A stretch of DNA of 64,000 nt from an uncultured Dehalococcoidia bacterium (GTDB lineage: Bacteria; Chloroflexota; Dehalococcoidia; Bin125). The position numbers were made by a program, and so were the translations under genes. The stretch covers positions 1,187,468 to 1,251,467 of the forward strand of contig CATQGW010000001.1 in the NCBI GenBank assembly GCA_958295515.1, given 5' to 3'. A model generated the notes under the pieces. The model was not told where the DNA came from. It ran no database searches and saw only the letters and a program-made list of their open reading frames with translations. Below are positions 48,144 through 60,255 of the stretch, one piece after another; within the stretch, counting starts at the first letter, position 1, and each line of letters opens with the position of its first letter.

Positions 48144-48225
48144 CCCGCCACACCCGCGCTTGCGGATCCCGTCATACCCACGCTTGCGGATCCCGTCATA
48201 CCCGCGCTTGCCGCGGGTATCTCGC
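48144..48225 (+). repeat. 24-bp tandem half-units ending in a full REP
   Basis: CCCG(C/T)CA(C/T)ACCC(G/A)CGCTTGC at 48144, 48168, 48192; full palindrome 48194-48225. Confidence 0.9.
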
Positions 48226-48299
48226 CGTGAGCGGCGCCCAAGCCGCGTTCGCCACCGCCGTGGGCGGCTCCGAACGGAATCCCAGAAGCCGGGCTGGAG

Positions 48300-48581
48300 C
48301 TATGGCGCCAGCTCGGCCACCTTCGCCCGCGCGCTGTCCTTGTCCTCGAACCACTCCTCGTTCACCTCGGTGAACGCCTGCCACTCGTCGGGCACGTCGT
48401 CCTCGGCGAAGATCGCCGTGACCGGGCAGGCCGGCTCGCAGGCGCCGCAGTCGATGCACTCGTCCGGGCTGATGTACAGCATCCGGTCTTCCTCGTCCGC
48501 GTGGATGCAGTCCACGGGGCAGACTTCGACGCAGGACTGATCCTTGACGTCAATGCAGGGTTCGGTGATCACGTACGTCAT
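48300..48581 (-). CDS. Ferredoxin (FdxA-type, 7Fe dicluster)
   Basis: [26 protein letters not shown] ... [14 protein letters not shown]. Confidence 0.95.
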   Translation of the reverse strand: MTYVITEPCIDVKDQSCVEVCPVDCIHADEEDRMLYISPDECIDCGACEPACPVTAIFAEDDVPDEWQAFTEVNEEWFEDKDSARAKVAELAP

Positions 48582-48689
48582 CTTCTGGGCCGTCCTCTCG
48601 TCAAGGGCTGTAGGCAGCCGGTCTGGCGCGCTCCTACCTACCGTTATAGGGCTGATAGCGCGCGCGGGCAACACCCCCGCGCAAATCTC

Positions 48690-51600
48690 TTAACCTCGCG
48701 CCGCCGCCGGACCGCCCGTTCGCTTCGCGGCGCGCTTCGTTGAGCGCCCGTTCGCGCCGTTCGAGGACGCCGCCGCGCGGCTCCGTTTCGCCGTTTTGCC
48801 GCCGCCCTTGCCGTTCCCGCTCTTGCCGTTGCGCCCGTTCGTCGAGGGCAACGCATCGCGCAGGAACCGGCCGGTGTGGCTCTCCGCAACCTCGGTCAGC
48901 GCCTCGGGCGTTCCCGCCGCCACCAGCTCGCCGCCGCGCTCGCCGCCCAGCGGTCCCAGGTCGATGATCCAGTCCGCGTTCTTGATCACGTCCAGGTGGT
49001 GCTCGATCACCACCACCGTGTTGCCCTGGTCCACCAGCGTTTGCAGCACCCCCAGCAGCGCCTCAACATCCTGGAACGACAGCCCGGTGGTCGGCTCGTC
49101 GAGCAGATACAGCGTGCGCCCGGTCGAGCGCTTTGAGAGCTCCGTGCTCAGTTTCACCCGCTGCGCTTCCCCGCCCGAGAGCGTGGTGGCCGGCTGGCCC
49201 AGCTTGATGTAGCCCAGCCCCACCGCCCGCAGCGTCTCCAGCTTGCGCCGAATCGACGGGTGCGCGTCGAAGATTTCCACCGCCTCATCCACCGTCTTGG
49301 CCAGCACATCCGCGATCGTGAAGCCCTTGTAGTGGATCTCCAGCGCCTCGCGGTTGTAGCGCGCGCCGCCGCAGACCTCACAGGGCACCGTCACATCGGG
49401 CAGAAACTGCATCTCAATCGTGTTGTAGCCGTCGCCGCGGCAGGCCTCGCAGCGCCCACCCTTGACGTTGAAGGAAAACCGCCCCGGCTTGTAGCCCCGC
49501 ATCCGCGCCTCCGGCACCGAGGCGAACAGGTCGCGCACCGGCGTGAACAGCCCGGTGTAGGTCGCCGGATTCGAGCGCGGCGTGCGCCCAATCGGCGACT
49601 GATCGATGTCGATCACTTTGTCGATCGCCTCGATCCCCTCGATGCGCTTCATCTTGCCCGGTCGCCGCCGCGCCCCGTGCAGCCGCTGCGCGGTACCTGC
49701 GTGCAGCAGATCGTTGACCAGCGTGCTCTTGCCCGAACCGCTCACGCCGGTCACGCAGATGAACGTTCCCAGCGGAAACTCGACATCAATCTCCCGCAGA
49801 TTGTGCTCGGCCGCGCCCACCACCCGCAGCGTCTCGCCGCTGCCCGGCCGCCGCCCCTGCGGCATCGGAATGGTGCGCCGGCCGCTCAGATACGCGCCCG
49901 TCATCGAGTCGCGCCGCTTCATGATCTGCTCCGGCGAACCGGCCGCCACGATGTGCCCGCCCGCTTCGCCCGCGCCCGGACCCATATCCACGATCCAGTC
50001 CGCCGCCCGCATCGTCGCCTCGTCGTGCTCCACGATCAGCACCGTGTTGCCCAGGTCCCGCAGCCGCTTCAGCGTGCGGATGAGGCGCTCGTCGTCCAGC
50101 GGATGCAGCCCAATCGAGGGCTCGTCGCAGACATACAGCACGCCCATCAGCGAGGAGCCGATTTGCGTCGCCAGCCGAATCCGCTGCGCCTCCCCGCCGC
50201 TCAGCGAGGCCGCGGCGCGATCCAGCGTCAGGTAATCCAAGCCCACATCCACCAGGAAGGTCAGCCGCTCGCGGATTTCCTTGAGAATTTGCGCCGCAAT
50301 GGTCCGCTCCCGCGCCGACAGCGGAGACTTCTTGCCGGCCAGACCCTTCGCCCACTCGGACGCCGGCGCGACCGCCATCCGCGTCACCTCCACGATGCTC
50401 CGCCCGTCCACCAGCACCGCCAGCGACTCCGGCTTGAGCCGCGCGCCCGCGCAGGTCTTGCACGGCACCGCCGTCATGTAGCGCTCGATCTCGCTCCGCG
50501 ACCAGTCCGAATCGGTCTCCTTGTAGCGCCGCGCGAGATTGTTCACCACGCCCTCGAACTGCGTCTCGTAAGTGCGCTGCCGACCGCGGTGGTTCTCCCA
50601 CTTCATCACGATCGGTTCGTCCATCCCGTGCAGCACCGCATCGATCAGATCGTCGGAAAGCTCCTCGAACGGCGCGTCGGTGTCCTCGCCGAAGCGCGCG
50701 AACACCGTCTCCAGCACGCGGCTGTTCCAGCCCGAATGCGACGAGGAGCGCGACCACGGCGCGATCGCCCCCTGTTTGAGCGACTTGCTGCGATCGGGAA
50801 GCACCAGCGTGGGATCGACTTCCATCGTGATCCCCAGCCCGGTGCAGTCGGGGCAGGCCCCGTGCGGGCTGTTGAACGAGAAGCTGCGCGGCTCAATTTC
50901 GCCCAGCGCGAACATGTCGCGCGGGCAGGCCAGCTGCTCCGAGTAGATGCGATCCTCGTCCTCATCCAGCGCCCGGATGCGCACAATCCCGTCGCCCAGC
51001 TGCAGCGCCTGCTCGATGCTCTCCGCCAGCCGCCCCGCCAGCGATTGCCGCTCCTCCTCGTCGTCATCCCCCGTCGGCAGCGCGATTCGGTCCACCACCA
51101 CATCGATCGAGTGGCGCTTGTTCTTCTCCAGCTCGATCTCCTCGTCCAGCGAGCGCACCTCTCCGTCGATTCGGGCCCGCACGAAGCCGCGCGCGCGCGC
51201 ATCGTCCAGCACCTGCTGGTGCTCCCCCTTGCGATCCCGCACGACCGGCGCGAGCACCAGCAGCCGCGCTTCGGCTGGCAGCGCCAGCACGCTGTCCACC
51301 ATCTGCTGCACCGTCTGCTGCGCAATCGGATCCCCGCAGATCGGGCAGTGCGGGCGGCCTGCGCGCGCGAACAGCAGCCGCAGGTAGTCGTAAATCTCCG
51401 TCACCGTCCCCACCGTCGAGCGCGGATTGCGCGAACCCGTCTTCTGGTCAATCGAGATCGCCGGCGAGAGGCCCTCGATGTAGTCCACATCGGGCTTCTC
51501 CATCCGCCCCAAAAACTGCCGCGCGTAGGCGGAGAGCGACTCGACGTAACGCCGCTGCCCCTCCGCGTAGATCGTGTCGAACGCCAGCGACGACTTGCCC

Positions 51601-51710
51601 GATCCGGACAGCCCGGTGATCACCACCAGGCGGTCGCGCGGGATCGTGACGTCGATGTCCTTGAGGTTGTGCTCCCGCGCCCCCTTGACCACGATCTTGT
51701 CAGTCGGCAC
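48690..51710 (-). CDS. uvrA: Excinuclease ABC subunit UvrA
   Basis: [53 protein letters not shown]; GTG 51710 chosen for its GGAG RBS. Confidence 0.98.
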   Translation of the reverse strand: MPTDKIVVKGAREHNLKDIDVTIPRDRLVVITGLSGSGKSSLAFDTIYAEGQRRYVESLSAYARQFLGRMEKPDVDYIEGLSPAISIDQKTGSRNPRSTVGTVTEIYDYLRLLFARAGRPHCPICGDPIAQQTVQQMVDSVLALPAEARLLVLAPVVRDRKGEHQQVLDDARARGFVRARIDGEVRSLDEEIELEKNKRHSIDVVVDRIALPTGDDDEEERQSLAGRLAESIEQALQLGDGIVRIRALDEDEDRIYSEQLACPRDMFALGEIEPRSFSFNSPHGACPDCTGLGITMEVDPTLVLPDRSKSLKQGAIAPWSRSSSHSGWNSRVLETVFARFGEDTDAPFEELSDDLIDAVLHGMDEPIVMKWENHRGRQRTYETQFEGVVNNLARRYKETDSDWSRSEIERYMTAVPCKTCAGARLKPESLAVLVDGRSIVEVTRMAVAPASEWAKGLAGKKSPLSARERTIAAQILKEIRERLTFLVDVGLDYLTLDRAAASLSGGEAQRIRLATQIGSSLMGVLYVCDEPSIGLHPLDDERLIRTLKRLRDLGNTVLIVEHDEATMRAADWIVDMGPGAGEAGGHIVAAGSPEQIMKRRDSMTGAYLSGRRTIPMPQGRRPGSGETLRVVGAAEHNLREIDVEFPLGTFICVTGVSGSGKSTLVNDLLHAGTAQRLHGARRRPGKMKRIEGIEAIDKVIDIDQSPIGRTPRSNPATYTGLFTPVRDLFASVPEARMRGYKPGRFSFNVKGGRCEACRGDGYNTIEMQFLPDVTVPCEVCGGARYNREALEIHYKGFTIADVLAKTVDEAVEIFDAHPSIRRKLETLRAVGLGYIKLGQPATTLSGGEAQRVKLSTELSKRSTGRTLYLLDEPTTGLSFQDVEALLGVLQTLVDQGNTVVVIEHHLDVIKNADWIIDLGPLGGERGGELVAAGTPEALTEVAESHTGRFLRDALPSTNGRNGKSGNGKGGGKTAKRSRAAASSNGANGRSTKRAAKRTGGPAAARG

Positions 51711-51814
51711 AACCAGCTCTCCAGATACGGGCGCTCGCCTGAACGTCAATCTTGCGGCGCATTCACCCTACCAGCGCGGCCAACCGCCGGACTGCACATT
51801 CCTATACTCGGTGG

Positions 51815-54595
51815 ATGACCGCCACCACCCAGCCGGGCGACCCCGACCCAGCGCGGCTCGTCGTCCTCGACGGCCACGCCATCATCTTCCGCGCCTACTA
51901 CGCGATGCGTGAGCCGCTCACCGTGAAGTCCACTGGCGAGGTGGTCAGCGCCGTCTACGGCTTCACCAACACGCTCCTGACCGTGCTCGACGACCTTCAG
52001 CCCACCCACATCGCGCTCGCGCTCGATGTGGACGACGGCGCCACCTTCCGCCGCGAACTCGATCCCAACTACAAAGCCCACCGCGACGCGATGCCCGAAG
52101 ACCTGCCGCCGCAGATCGAGCGTTGCCGGCAGGTCGCCGAGGCCTTTGCGATCCCGATCTTCGAAGCGCCCGGCTACGAGGCCGACGATGTGCTCGCCAC
52201 GCTCGCCGACCAGGCCGCCGCGCAGGGCGTCGAAACTTGGATCGCCACGCTCGACAGCGACCTCGTCCAGCTGGTCCGCGACGGCGTGGCCGTCTACATG
52301 TTCCGCCCCTTCCAGCGTGATGTCGTGCGCTACGACTCCGCTCAGCGCGTGCGCGACCGCTACGGCGTGGACCCGAACCAGATCATCGACTACAAGGCGA
52401 TCGTCGGCGACAAGTCGGACAACATCCCCGGCGTCAAGGGGCTGGGCGACAAGGGCGCGGTCAAGCTGCTCAACGAGTGGGGCAGCCTCGACGCGATTTA
52501 CGCGCACCTCGACGAGATCAAGCCTCCCGCAGCCCAGAAGAAGCTCCGCGAGCAGCGCGAGGTCGCCTTCCTCTCCCAGAAGCTCGCCACCATCGTCCAC
52601 AACGCCCCCGTCCTACTCAATCTGCAATACGCCGAGGTTGGCAGATACGACCGCGAGGACGTGATCGCCATCTTCCGCGAGCTCGAATTCCGCTCGATCC
52701 TCGAGCGCGTCTCCGCTCCCGAATGGGGCGCCGCCGAGACCGCCCCCGCTGCGGCAGCCGAGCAGAATGTCGAATACGATCTCGTGCGCGATGAGGCCGC
52801 GCTCGCCGCCTGGGTCGAGCGCGCAGCCGCCGCGCCGCTGCTGTCCGTCGACCTCGAAACCTCGGCGCTCGACCCGATCGACTGCGAAATCGCCGGCTAC
52901 GCGCTCGCCGACGCCGAAGGCCGCGCCGCCTACATCCCGGTCGCCCACCAGCCCTCGCTCGAAGACACGGGTGAGCAGCTCAGCCCCGACCTGGTGCGCG
53001 ACGCGCTGCGCCCCGTGCTCGAAGACCCCGCCGTGCCCAAGGTGCTGCACAACGCCAAGTTCGACATCAAGGTGCTCGCGCGCCACGGCATCCGCCTGCG
53101 CGGCCTGGCTCACGACACGATGCTCGTCGCTTACCTGCTCAACGAGCCGCAAATCGGACTCAAAGCGCTCGCCGCCTCCCGGCTCGGCGTCGAAATGACC
53201 CCGATCGAGGCGCTGATCGGCAAGGGGCGCAAGCAGAAGACGATGCTCGAAGTGCCCGCCGCCGAAGCCGGCCCCTACGCCGCCGCCGACGCCGATATGA
53301 CCCTGCGCCTCGCCGGCATTCTGATCCCCGAGCTCGATCAGGACGACGCCCTCGCCGCGCTCTACCGCGACCTCGAACTCCCGCTGATCGATGTGCTGGT
53401 CGAGATGGAGCTCGCCGGCGTCTCGCTCGACACCGCGCAGCTGGTCGAACTCGACACCCGACTCGACCACGAAATCGAAGCAGCCACCGCCCAGGTGTAC
53501 GAAGACGCCGGCCATGAATTCAGCATCGCCTCGCCCAAGCAGCTCAGCATCGTGCTCTTCGAGGAGCTCGGCCTGCCCAAGACGCGCAAGACATCGCAGG
53601 GCTTCTCGACCGACGCCCAACAGCTCGAACGGCTCGCCGAAAGCCACCCGATCGTCAATCACATTCTGCAATGGCGCGAGCTGACCAAGCTGCGCTCGAC
53701 CTACGTCGAGTCGCTGCCGCCGCTGGTCAGCAAGACCACCCGGCGCATCCACACCGACTACAACCAGACCGTCGCCGCCACGGGGCGGCTCTCCTCCGAG
53801 CGCCCCAACCTGCAGAACATCCCGGTGCGCACCGAGCTCGGTTCGCAGGTTCGCGCCGCCTTCGTCCCCCGCGCCTGGGACGGCGCAAACGAGGAGGTTC
53901 GCTTCCTCAGCGCGGATTACTCCCAAATCGAGCTGCGCGTGCTCGCCCATCTCGCTCTGGATCCCGGCCTGATCGAAGCCTTCCAGCGCGGCGAAGACAT
54001 CCACGCCGCCACCGCCGCCGGCGCCTACGGCGTCGAAATCGCCGATGTCCAGCCGGCGATGCGCGACACCGCCAAGATGATGAACTTCGGCGTGATCTAC
54101 GGGATCAGCGCCCACGGACTCGCCCAGCGCACCGGCATGGAGCGCCGCGACGCCCAAGCCTTCATCGACGCCTACTTCGGACGCTTCGCCCGCGTCGCCG
54201 AGTGGGGCGAGGAGATCAAAGAGCAGACCCGCCAGCGCGGCTACGCGGAAACCCTGCTCGGCCGCCGCCGCTATCTACCGGCAATCAACTCGTCCAACTT
54301 CCAGGCCCGCAGCGCGGCCGAGCGCATGGCGCTCAATATGCCCGTGCAAGGCACCGCCGCCGACGTAATGAAGCGCGCGATGCTGCGCATCGCCGACGGC
54401 CTCACCGAGCGCGAACTGCGCGCCCGCATGCTGCTCCAGGTCCACGACGAGCTGATCTTCGAGCTCCCCAACGCCGAGGCCGACGACCTGATCGCCCTAC
54501 TCGAGCAAGTCATGCCCACCGCCATCAACATGGTCGTCCCCCTCTCCATCGACATCAAACAAGGCCCCAACTGGCGCGACCTCACGCCCCAGTAA
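51815..54595 (+). CDS. polA: DNA polymerase I
   Basis: 5' nuclease ([19 protein letters not shown]), DLET exonuclease motif, [29 protein letters not shown]. Confidence 0.98.
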   Translation: MTATTQPGDPDPARLVVLDGHAIIFRAYYAMREPLTVKSTGEVVSAVYGFTNTLLTVLDDLQPTHIALALDVDDGATFRRELDPNYKAHRDAMPEDLPPQIERCRQVAEAFAIPIFEAPGYEADDVLATLADQAAAQGVETWIATLDSDLVQLVRDGVAVYMFRPFQRDVVRYDSAQRVRDRYGVDPNQIIDYKAIVGDKSDNIPGVKGLGDKGAVKLLNEWGSLDAIYAHLDEIKPPAAQKKLREQREVAFLSQKLATIVHNAPVLLNLQYAEVGRYDREDVIAIFRELEFRSILERVSAPEWGAAETAPAAAAEQNVEYDLVRDEAALAAWVERAAAAPLLSVDLETSALDPIDCEIAGYALADAEGRAAYIPVAHQPSLEDTGEQLSPDLVRDALRPVLEDPAVPKVLHNAKFDIKVLARHGIRLRGLAHDTMLVAYLLNEPQIGLKALAASRLGVEMTPIEALIGKGRKQKTMLEVPAAEAGPYAAADADMTLRLAGILIPELDQDDALAALYRDLELPLIDVLVEMELAGVSLDTAQLVELDTRLDHEIEAATAQVYEDAGHEFSIASPKQLSIVLFEELGLPKTRKTSQGFSTDAQQLERLAESHPIVNHILQWRELTKLRSTYVESLPPLVSKTTRRIHTDYNQTVAATGRLSSERPNLQNIPVRTELGSQVRAAFVPRAWDGANEEVRFLSADYSQIELRVLAHLALDPGLIEAFQRGEDIHAATAAGAYGVEIADVQPAMRDTAKMMNFGVIYGISAHGLAQRTGMERRDAQAFIDAYFGRFARVAEWGEEIKEQTRQRGYAETLLGRRRYLPAINSSNFQARSAAERMALNMPVQGTAADVMKRAMLRIADGLTERELRARMLLQVHDELIFELPNAEADDLIALLEQVMPTAINMVVPLSIDIKQGPNWRDLTPQ

Positions 54596-54598
54596 TTC

Positions 54599-54702
54599 CG
54601 TCACACCCGCCCCCCAATCCCGTCATTCCCGCGAAAGCGGGAATCTCCCCCGCGCAACCCCCCAAGCCCGCCATGAGATTCCCGCTCAAAGCGGGAATGA
54701 CG
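54599..54702. repeat. Inverted REP doublet with upstream half-unit
   Basis: CGTCAC at 54599; CGTCATTCCCGCGAAAGCGGGAATCTC at 54621; reverse GAGATTCCCGCTCAAAGCGGGAATGACG at 54675-54702. Confidence 0.92.
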
Positions 54703-54766
54703 ACAACCCACGCGCGCCAACCCGACGCCGCCCACTACCCTTGCCCCAACAGAAAGGCGCGACTTT

Positions 54767-55621
54767 ATGGGCGGCATCTTCCGAACGATCGGCAACACCT
54801 GGCAGATCATCAAACTCTCCTGGCGCGTGCTGCAACTTGACCGCGAACTGATCGTCTTCCCGATTCTTGGCGCGCTTGGGGCTGCCGTCGTGGCCGGCAT
54901 TCTCGCCGGCGTCTTTGGCGCGCTGGACCGCTTCGGCGATGCGGCGCAGGGGCAATTCAACGTCGTGGACGTGATCATCACGCTTGGCGCTTACTTTGCG
55001 GCGCTCTACCTGATCATCTTCTGCAACGCGGCGCTGGTTGCGGCTGCGCGTGAGCGGCTGGAAGGCGGCGACCCCAATGTCGCCTCCGGCTTCCGCGCGG
55101 TTCGCCCGATGTGGCTGGCGATCCTCGGCTGGACGCTGATCACCGGCACCGTCGGCCTCATCCTGCAGGCGCTCCAGGCGGCGGCGCAGAGCCAGGAAAA
55201 CGGCGTCGCGCGGATCATCGGCCAGATCCTGGTCGCCATCGTCGGCGCAATCTGGGCATACATCACCTTCTTCGTGATCCCCGTGCTCGTGGTCGAGCGG
55301 ATTGGGCCCATCGAGGCGATCCGCCGCTCCTCGCGCCTGCTCAAGTCCAGCTGGGGCGAGCAGCTCACCGCCAACTTCTCCTTCGGCCTGCTGTACCTCG
55401 TCGCCGCCCTGGTTGCTGCGATCCCGGCGATTGTGCTGGCGCTGATCACGCCCGCCGCCGCGGTGATTGTCGGCGTGGTCCTGGTTGGCCTGGCGATCGC
55501 CGCCGTGGCCGCGATGGAGGGCATCTTCAAGGCCGCGCTGTACGAATGGGTTTCCGAGGGCAAGGGCAGCGAGTGGTTCGACGCCAGGCTGCTGCGCGAG
55601 GCCTGGAGCCAGAAGGTCTGA
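54767..55621 (+). CDS. Conserved membrane protein (DUF6159-like)
   Basis: SWRVLQLDRELIVFP, FFVIPVLVVE..GPIEAIRRS..LLKSSWGE, IFKAALY; several TM helices. Confidence 0.7.
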   Translation: MGGIFRTIGNTWQIIKLSWRVLQLDRELIVFPILGALGAAVVAGILAGVFGALDRFGDAAQGQFNVVDVIITLGAYFAALYLIIFCNAALVAAARERLEGGDPNVASGFRAVRPMWLAILGWTLITGTVGLILQALQAAAQSQENGVARIIGQILVAIVGAIWAYITFFVIPVLVVERIGPIEAIRRSSRLLKSSWGEQLTANFSFGLLYLVAALVAAIPAIVLALITPAAAVIVGVVLVGLAIAAVAAMEGIFKAALYEWVSEGKGSEWFDARLLREAWSQKV

Positions 55622-56490
55622 TGCCCGAGCTGCCCGAGGTCGAAACCGTCCGCCGCCAGCTCGAGCCGCTGATCCGCGGGCGGCGGATTAGCGGCTTCGA
55701 GCTCGCCCCCGGCGCGGAACGCCTGCTGCGCGGCGCATCCGCCGCCGAGCTCCGCGACCAGCTGCGCGACCGCCGCTTTGAGCGGGTTGACCGACGCGGC
55801 AAGTATCTCGGCCTGCAACTCGACGACGGGCGCTGCTGCGTGGTCCACCTGCGGATGACCGGCGCGCTGCACTTCCGCCGCTCCGACCACCCCGAGGAGC
55901 GCTTCACCCGCGCCGTCTTCCAGCTCGCCGACGATCACCAACTGCGCTTCGTCGACATTCGCAAGTTCGGCACCATCGACGTGGTGGATCAGATGGCGGA
56001 CGCGCTGCCCAAGCTCGGCCCCGAACCGCTCAGCGACGAGTTCGATGTCGCCGCGCTCTGGGACGCCCTGCGCGGGCGCACAATCGCGCTCAAAGCGGCG
56101 CTGCTCGACCAGCGCAGCGTCGCCGGGATCGGCAACATCTACGCCGATGAAGCGCTCTTCCTCGCCCGTCTGCACCCCGAAGTCCCCGCGGGCGCGCTGC
56201 GCGCCAGGGAACGGATCGCGCTCCACGCGGCAATCCAAACCGTCCTCGAAGAAGGCGTCGCGCACGGCGGCGCGTCCTTCCGCGACTACACCGACACGGC
56301 GGGCAAAGCAGGCGAGCAGCAGTACTACGTGCGCGTCTTCCGCCGCACCGAGCAGCCCTGCGACGAGTGCAACACCCCAATCCGCCGCACCATCGTCGGC
56401 GGCCGCGCCACCCACTGGTGCCCACGCTGCCAGCACCCCCGCCAAAAAACACGCAACCTCCCCCACCAATCCCGCCCCCGCTCCCCCTGA
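55621..56490 (+). CDS. mutM: Formamidopyrimidine-DNA glycosylase
   Basis: MPELPEVETV, RRGKYL, HLRMTG, LLDQ..VAGIGNIYADEALF, C-terminal C4 zinc finger. Confidence 0.97.
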   Translation: MPELPEVETVRRQLEPLIRGRRISGFELAPGAERLLRGASAAELRDQLRDRRFERVDRRGKYLGLQLDDGRCCVVHLRMTGALHFRRSDHPEERFTRAVFQLADDHQLRFVDIRKFGTIDVVDQMADALPKLGPEPLSDEFDVAALWDALRGRTIALKAALLDQRSVAGIGNIYADEALFLARLHPEVPAGALRARERIALHAAIQTVLEEGVAHGGASFRDYTDTAGKAGEQQYYVRVFRRTEQPCDECNTPIRRTIVGGRATHWCPRCQHPRQKTRNLPHQSRPRSP

Positions 56491-56510
56491 TCGCCGCCCC
56501 GCCCCAGCTT

Positions 56511-56610
56511 CCGTCATTGCCGCGCCCGGGCGCGGCAATCTCGCTGAGGTGTGCGCCGACCTTAGCGCTGGGCACGGCGAGATACCCGCGGCAAGCGCGG
56601 GTATGACGGA
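56511..56610. repeat. Mixed REP doublet (ATTGCCGCG stem forward, ATACCCGCG stem reverse)
   Basis: CCGTCATTGCCGCG-CCCGGG-CGCGGCAATCTCGC and GCGAGATACCCGCG-GCAAG-CGCGGGTATGACGGA. Confidence 0.92.
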
Positions 56611-56725
56611 TCTACGGGGGCGGGGTTGACCCAAGCTTGGGGTGGCTCTTAGCGTTGCGCGGAATGTTTGCGGGTTGGTGCGCTGCGTGGCGTGTCGCCT
56701 CTTGAACCGGAGAACGGACACCGCC

Positions 56726-59700
56726 ATGCGCCTGCTCAAGGATCTGGGGGGGGGGGGTACAACACTCGCGTTCTGCTCCTGACCGTGCTTGTGGCCCTGT
56801 TTGCGGTTGCGGTTTTCACGCTTGCGCCGGCCCGCGCGGAGACGCCTGACGACCTACGACTCGAGCTCAGCTTTTTCCGCGACTCCGACGGCGTCGTGCA
56901 GCCGGGTTCGACCATTCAGGTTCGAGCGGAGCTGAAGTTCAGCGGCGCAGAGGGCGGCGCATCGTTGGCGGTCTCCGATTTGGCGCTGCGCATTGCGGGC
57001 GAAGTCGAATGGGACGCATCGGGCCGCCGTGCAATGCCGGGTTCGTCCAGGGGCTATGTGACGCGCGAGCACGGTGGCTCCATCGGTGGCTCCACCGGCG
57101 AGGCAGTCGCGGTGCAGTCGGGTGGGGCGCTTCTCACTTCCGGTATACAGGTGGTTGGAGCGCCGGACGCCACGGTGAACGGCATCGCCGGCGGCGGCGC
57201 AGTGCATGTCTGGGAGGGCGGTTCGTTTGCCCAGCGCCTGATCGGCGAGCCGACGGACAACGACTTCGGTTCGCCATTTTATTGGGATCGACATAATGGC
57301 GGCTTCGGCTTGAGCGTGGATGTCGGCGGCAGTGTAATCGTGGTCGGCGCGCCCTATGAGGACGGCGCACCGTTGGCTGGCGGGTTCCGCAGCAACTACA
57401 ACTCGGTCCACGGCTTCGGGGCGGCGTACGTGTTCGAACGAAACAGCGACGGGGAGTGGGAGCGGACCGCGAAGCTGACCATCGGCGAGAACTCGGCGTT
57501 CACCGATCCGTTGAGCCAGTGGGCACCTACCCTGTTCGGTGAGCATGTCGCAATCAGCGACGGCGGCGGGACGATCGTTGTGTCCCAGTTTCCGGCTCCG
57601 TTGACCGGCGAGAATCACAATTGGGGCGCGTCGGCGCATGTGTTCGTCAAGCCGGCGAGCGGTTGGACCGACATGGACACGAATCACGCCAACGTCACCT
57701 CGCTGCGCTACGACTCGAACGGAGCGACGGCGGACGATGCGGCTGCGGTCTCCGACCGCTGGGATGCTCACGGCGATGTGGACATCGCCGGCGACGGTTC
57801 GGTGGTCGTGGTTGGCGCATCAGAGTTGCCGCGCACATTGAACTTTCTGGATGCGACCGGCGCCGTGCTCGTGTTCAATCGTCCCGGTGCTGCCTGGACC
57901 GCTGGGAGCGATCGCCTGCTTGAACAGAACGCGACGCTGACGGCGACGGGTCACGAGAGCAACAACGTGCGGGTTGGCTCGGATGTCGCGATCAGCCAGT
58001 CCGGCGGCGTGATCGTCTCGAATGGCGCAAGTCATATCAATTACGTGAATGACGACGCACGCGATCCGGTCAGCGGCTGGCCGGGCTCGGCGTTCGTCTG
58101 GGTGCGCAGTACCAGCTGGGCCGACGCCACCGCGGCGACCGCCACGCTCAGCGATTCCACTGCGTCTAACGGCGATCAGTTCGGCCGCAGTGTTGCGATC
58201 AGCGATTCGGGTGACCGCGTCGTGGTTGGCCAGCATCCTCGGGGTGGGCCTAACGGGTACGGTGCGATCAGTGTGTTTGATAAACCGGGAAGCGGCTGGG
58301 CCAACGACTCGGCCGCGGACACAGTCCTCGGTTCTTGGCCGTGGGCGCGTGCGGCGAGCCTGGCCATTGACGGCGAATCGACACTCCTTGCAGGTGTAAC
58401 AGGTGTCGGCGGCTACGTGCTGGACCTCAGTCTGTCAGATCCGGAAAGCGGGGTCCTAGACATAGGCTACCTCACCGCGGATTGCAATGCATCAAGCAGC
58501 GAGGGAATCGTCACCCAGACTTGTACGCTGTGGTTCGAGCCGGGCGATGGAACTTTGACGACCATCCCTGCGCTCACGATTCCGGCTGGCACGCCTGACG
58601 GCTCGTTCACGCTCTCCGCTTCCGCGATGGTGAACGGCGTCAGATACACCGATGCGATCGAGGTTAGCGTGCGGGACGTAGACGAAGTGGCGGAAGTGAC
58701 GCTTGATTTCGCCACTGACCCGGTGATCAATTACGTGGACACGAGCGACGACAAGCCGTACCCGTCGTCGATCGCAGCGGGCGAAACTACGCGACTGCGG
58801 CTGAGTGTGCTCAACGAAAACGGCGAGGCTGCGGGGATCGACGCGGAGGACGGCATCGCCTCGATCCTGTTCACGACGACCGCCGGGAACTTCGCATTCG
58901 GCAATTTCGCTCCGGTGTGGCTGATCCACTCGTTTAGTCCTCTGAGCTACTGGCCTGAGAGTTGTGCGGGCGGCAATGGGCAGCAGACCTGCGCAGTCCC
59001 TCTGACCAGTTTGAACGCGGAGAACGCCGACCGGATTGTGATCTTCCTCGCGCATCCGGGCGCGGACAAATCGGGGACGGCTGAGGTGCGCGCGATGGTG
59101 ATTACCAATGACGGCGAAGTCTTCAATCCGCCGCCGGTGACGGTGACCTTTACCGGGGCTGCAGAGTCGCTGGTGGTGAGCGAGCCGACGGCGAGCGTGC
59201 TGAACGTTGATGCGCCGCCGGATGTGGGGGCCGGTGCGGACGACCGCGATGTGCTGACGCTGTCGATTACGGCGGTGGACGAGAACGGCGGGCAGGTGGA
59301 TGTGCCGCTTGGTCTGCCGGCGAACCCGACGCAGGCGCAGCGCAATAGCGCGATTCGAGTGACGGTGAGAGATCCAGACGGCGTGGTTGTGCCGGTCTCG
59401 CGCTATGGCGGCTGGGCTTGGACGTATGACCGGCAGCAGGAGCAGACTTCGCTGGAGTTCAAACTGCAGATCAACGCGAGCGAGGAGGATGCGCTGGCGA
59501 CGGGGGAGTACACGCTGGAGCTGCGGATTGGGACGCTCGAGGCGGAGCGCACGTTCCGGGTCGGCGGGGCGCCGGCCTCGCTGGCGCTGGGCGAGCCGGA
59601 GGGCGCGTTGGCGCGCGACGAGCGGATCACGATCGCTGCGACGGTCGCGGACGCGGACGGCAACGCTGTGCCCGACGGCACGGCGGTTGCGTGGGAAGAG

Positions 59701-60129
59701 CAGAGTGTGCGCGGCACTGATGTGGTGCTGGTGCAGGTCTCGGCGGACCGAGAGACGAAGGCGGGCAGGGCGTCGGCGACGTATCTGGTGATTGGGCCGG
59801 GCGCGGCGGCGGTGACTGCGCGGTCGGGCGGCGTGGGCGATGTTGCGTTGCTGACGATTGCGGAGGCGTCGGTGGGCGTGGGTGAGGCTGAGGGGCCGCC
59901 GGCGCCGCTTAGTGAGAGTCTGAGCAGCACGCGGCCGGGCTTTTCGATCTGGCTGGGGGAGCAGCCGGTCATGGCGTCGGAGTTGTTGGAGAGCCTGAGT
60001 GGGATTGAGTCGATTCTGCTGTGGGAGAACGGGAGCTGGGTGCGGTATGGGCTTGCTGAGGGGCGGGTGATTCCGGGCTCGTTTGACTTCACTGTGGCGC
60101 GGGGAGGTGTGCTGGTGCTGGGGAGGTGA
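56726..60129 (+). CDS. Large secreted surface protein with FG-GAP repeats and beta-rich Ig-like regions; likely start is out of frame at a G12 tract
   Basis: ATG 56726 follows GGAGA; signal peptide VLLLTVLVALFAVAVFTLAPARA lies in the long ORF frame; FGLSVDVGGSVIVVGAP, FGEHVAISDGG, FGRSVAISDSG repeats. Confidence 0.78.
56746..56757 (+). repeat. Homopolymeric G12 tract
   Basis: GATCT-G12-TACAAC read directly; the longest homopolymer I noticed in the window. Confidence 0.92.
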
Positions 60130-60168
60130 GTGCCGCCAAGGGGGCGGCAAGGGCTTGGGAGGGGTGCA

Positions 60169-60203
60169 GCGAGATACCCGCGGCGGGGCGCGGGTATGAC
60201 GGA
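60169..60203 (-). repeat. CGTC-tagged REP in reverse orientation
   Basis: GCGAGATACCCGCG-GCGGGG-CGCGGGTATGACGGA; a degenerate TGCCGCC/GGCGGCA hairpin lies just upstream (60131-60149). Confidence 0.9.
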
Positions 60204-60255
60204 TCTCAGGGGCGGCGGAGCGCAAGCTGTTAGCCTCCCGTTCGGAGGCGGCGCG

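Noticed and set aside
56490-56720. Replication origin at the C-rich to G-rich switch
   Set aside because: I saw no DnaA boxes (TTATCCACA-like), AT-rich unwinding element or dnaA/dnaN; similar local flips occur elsewhere in the window.
56668-56725. TTG 56668 as the start of the large surface protein
   Set aside because: No clear RBS and a long atypical n-region; ATG 56726 has an RBS and a basic n-region. Disfavoured, not excluded.
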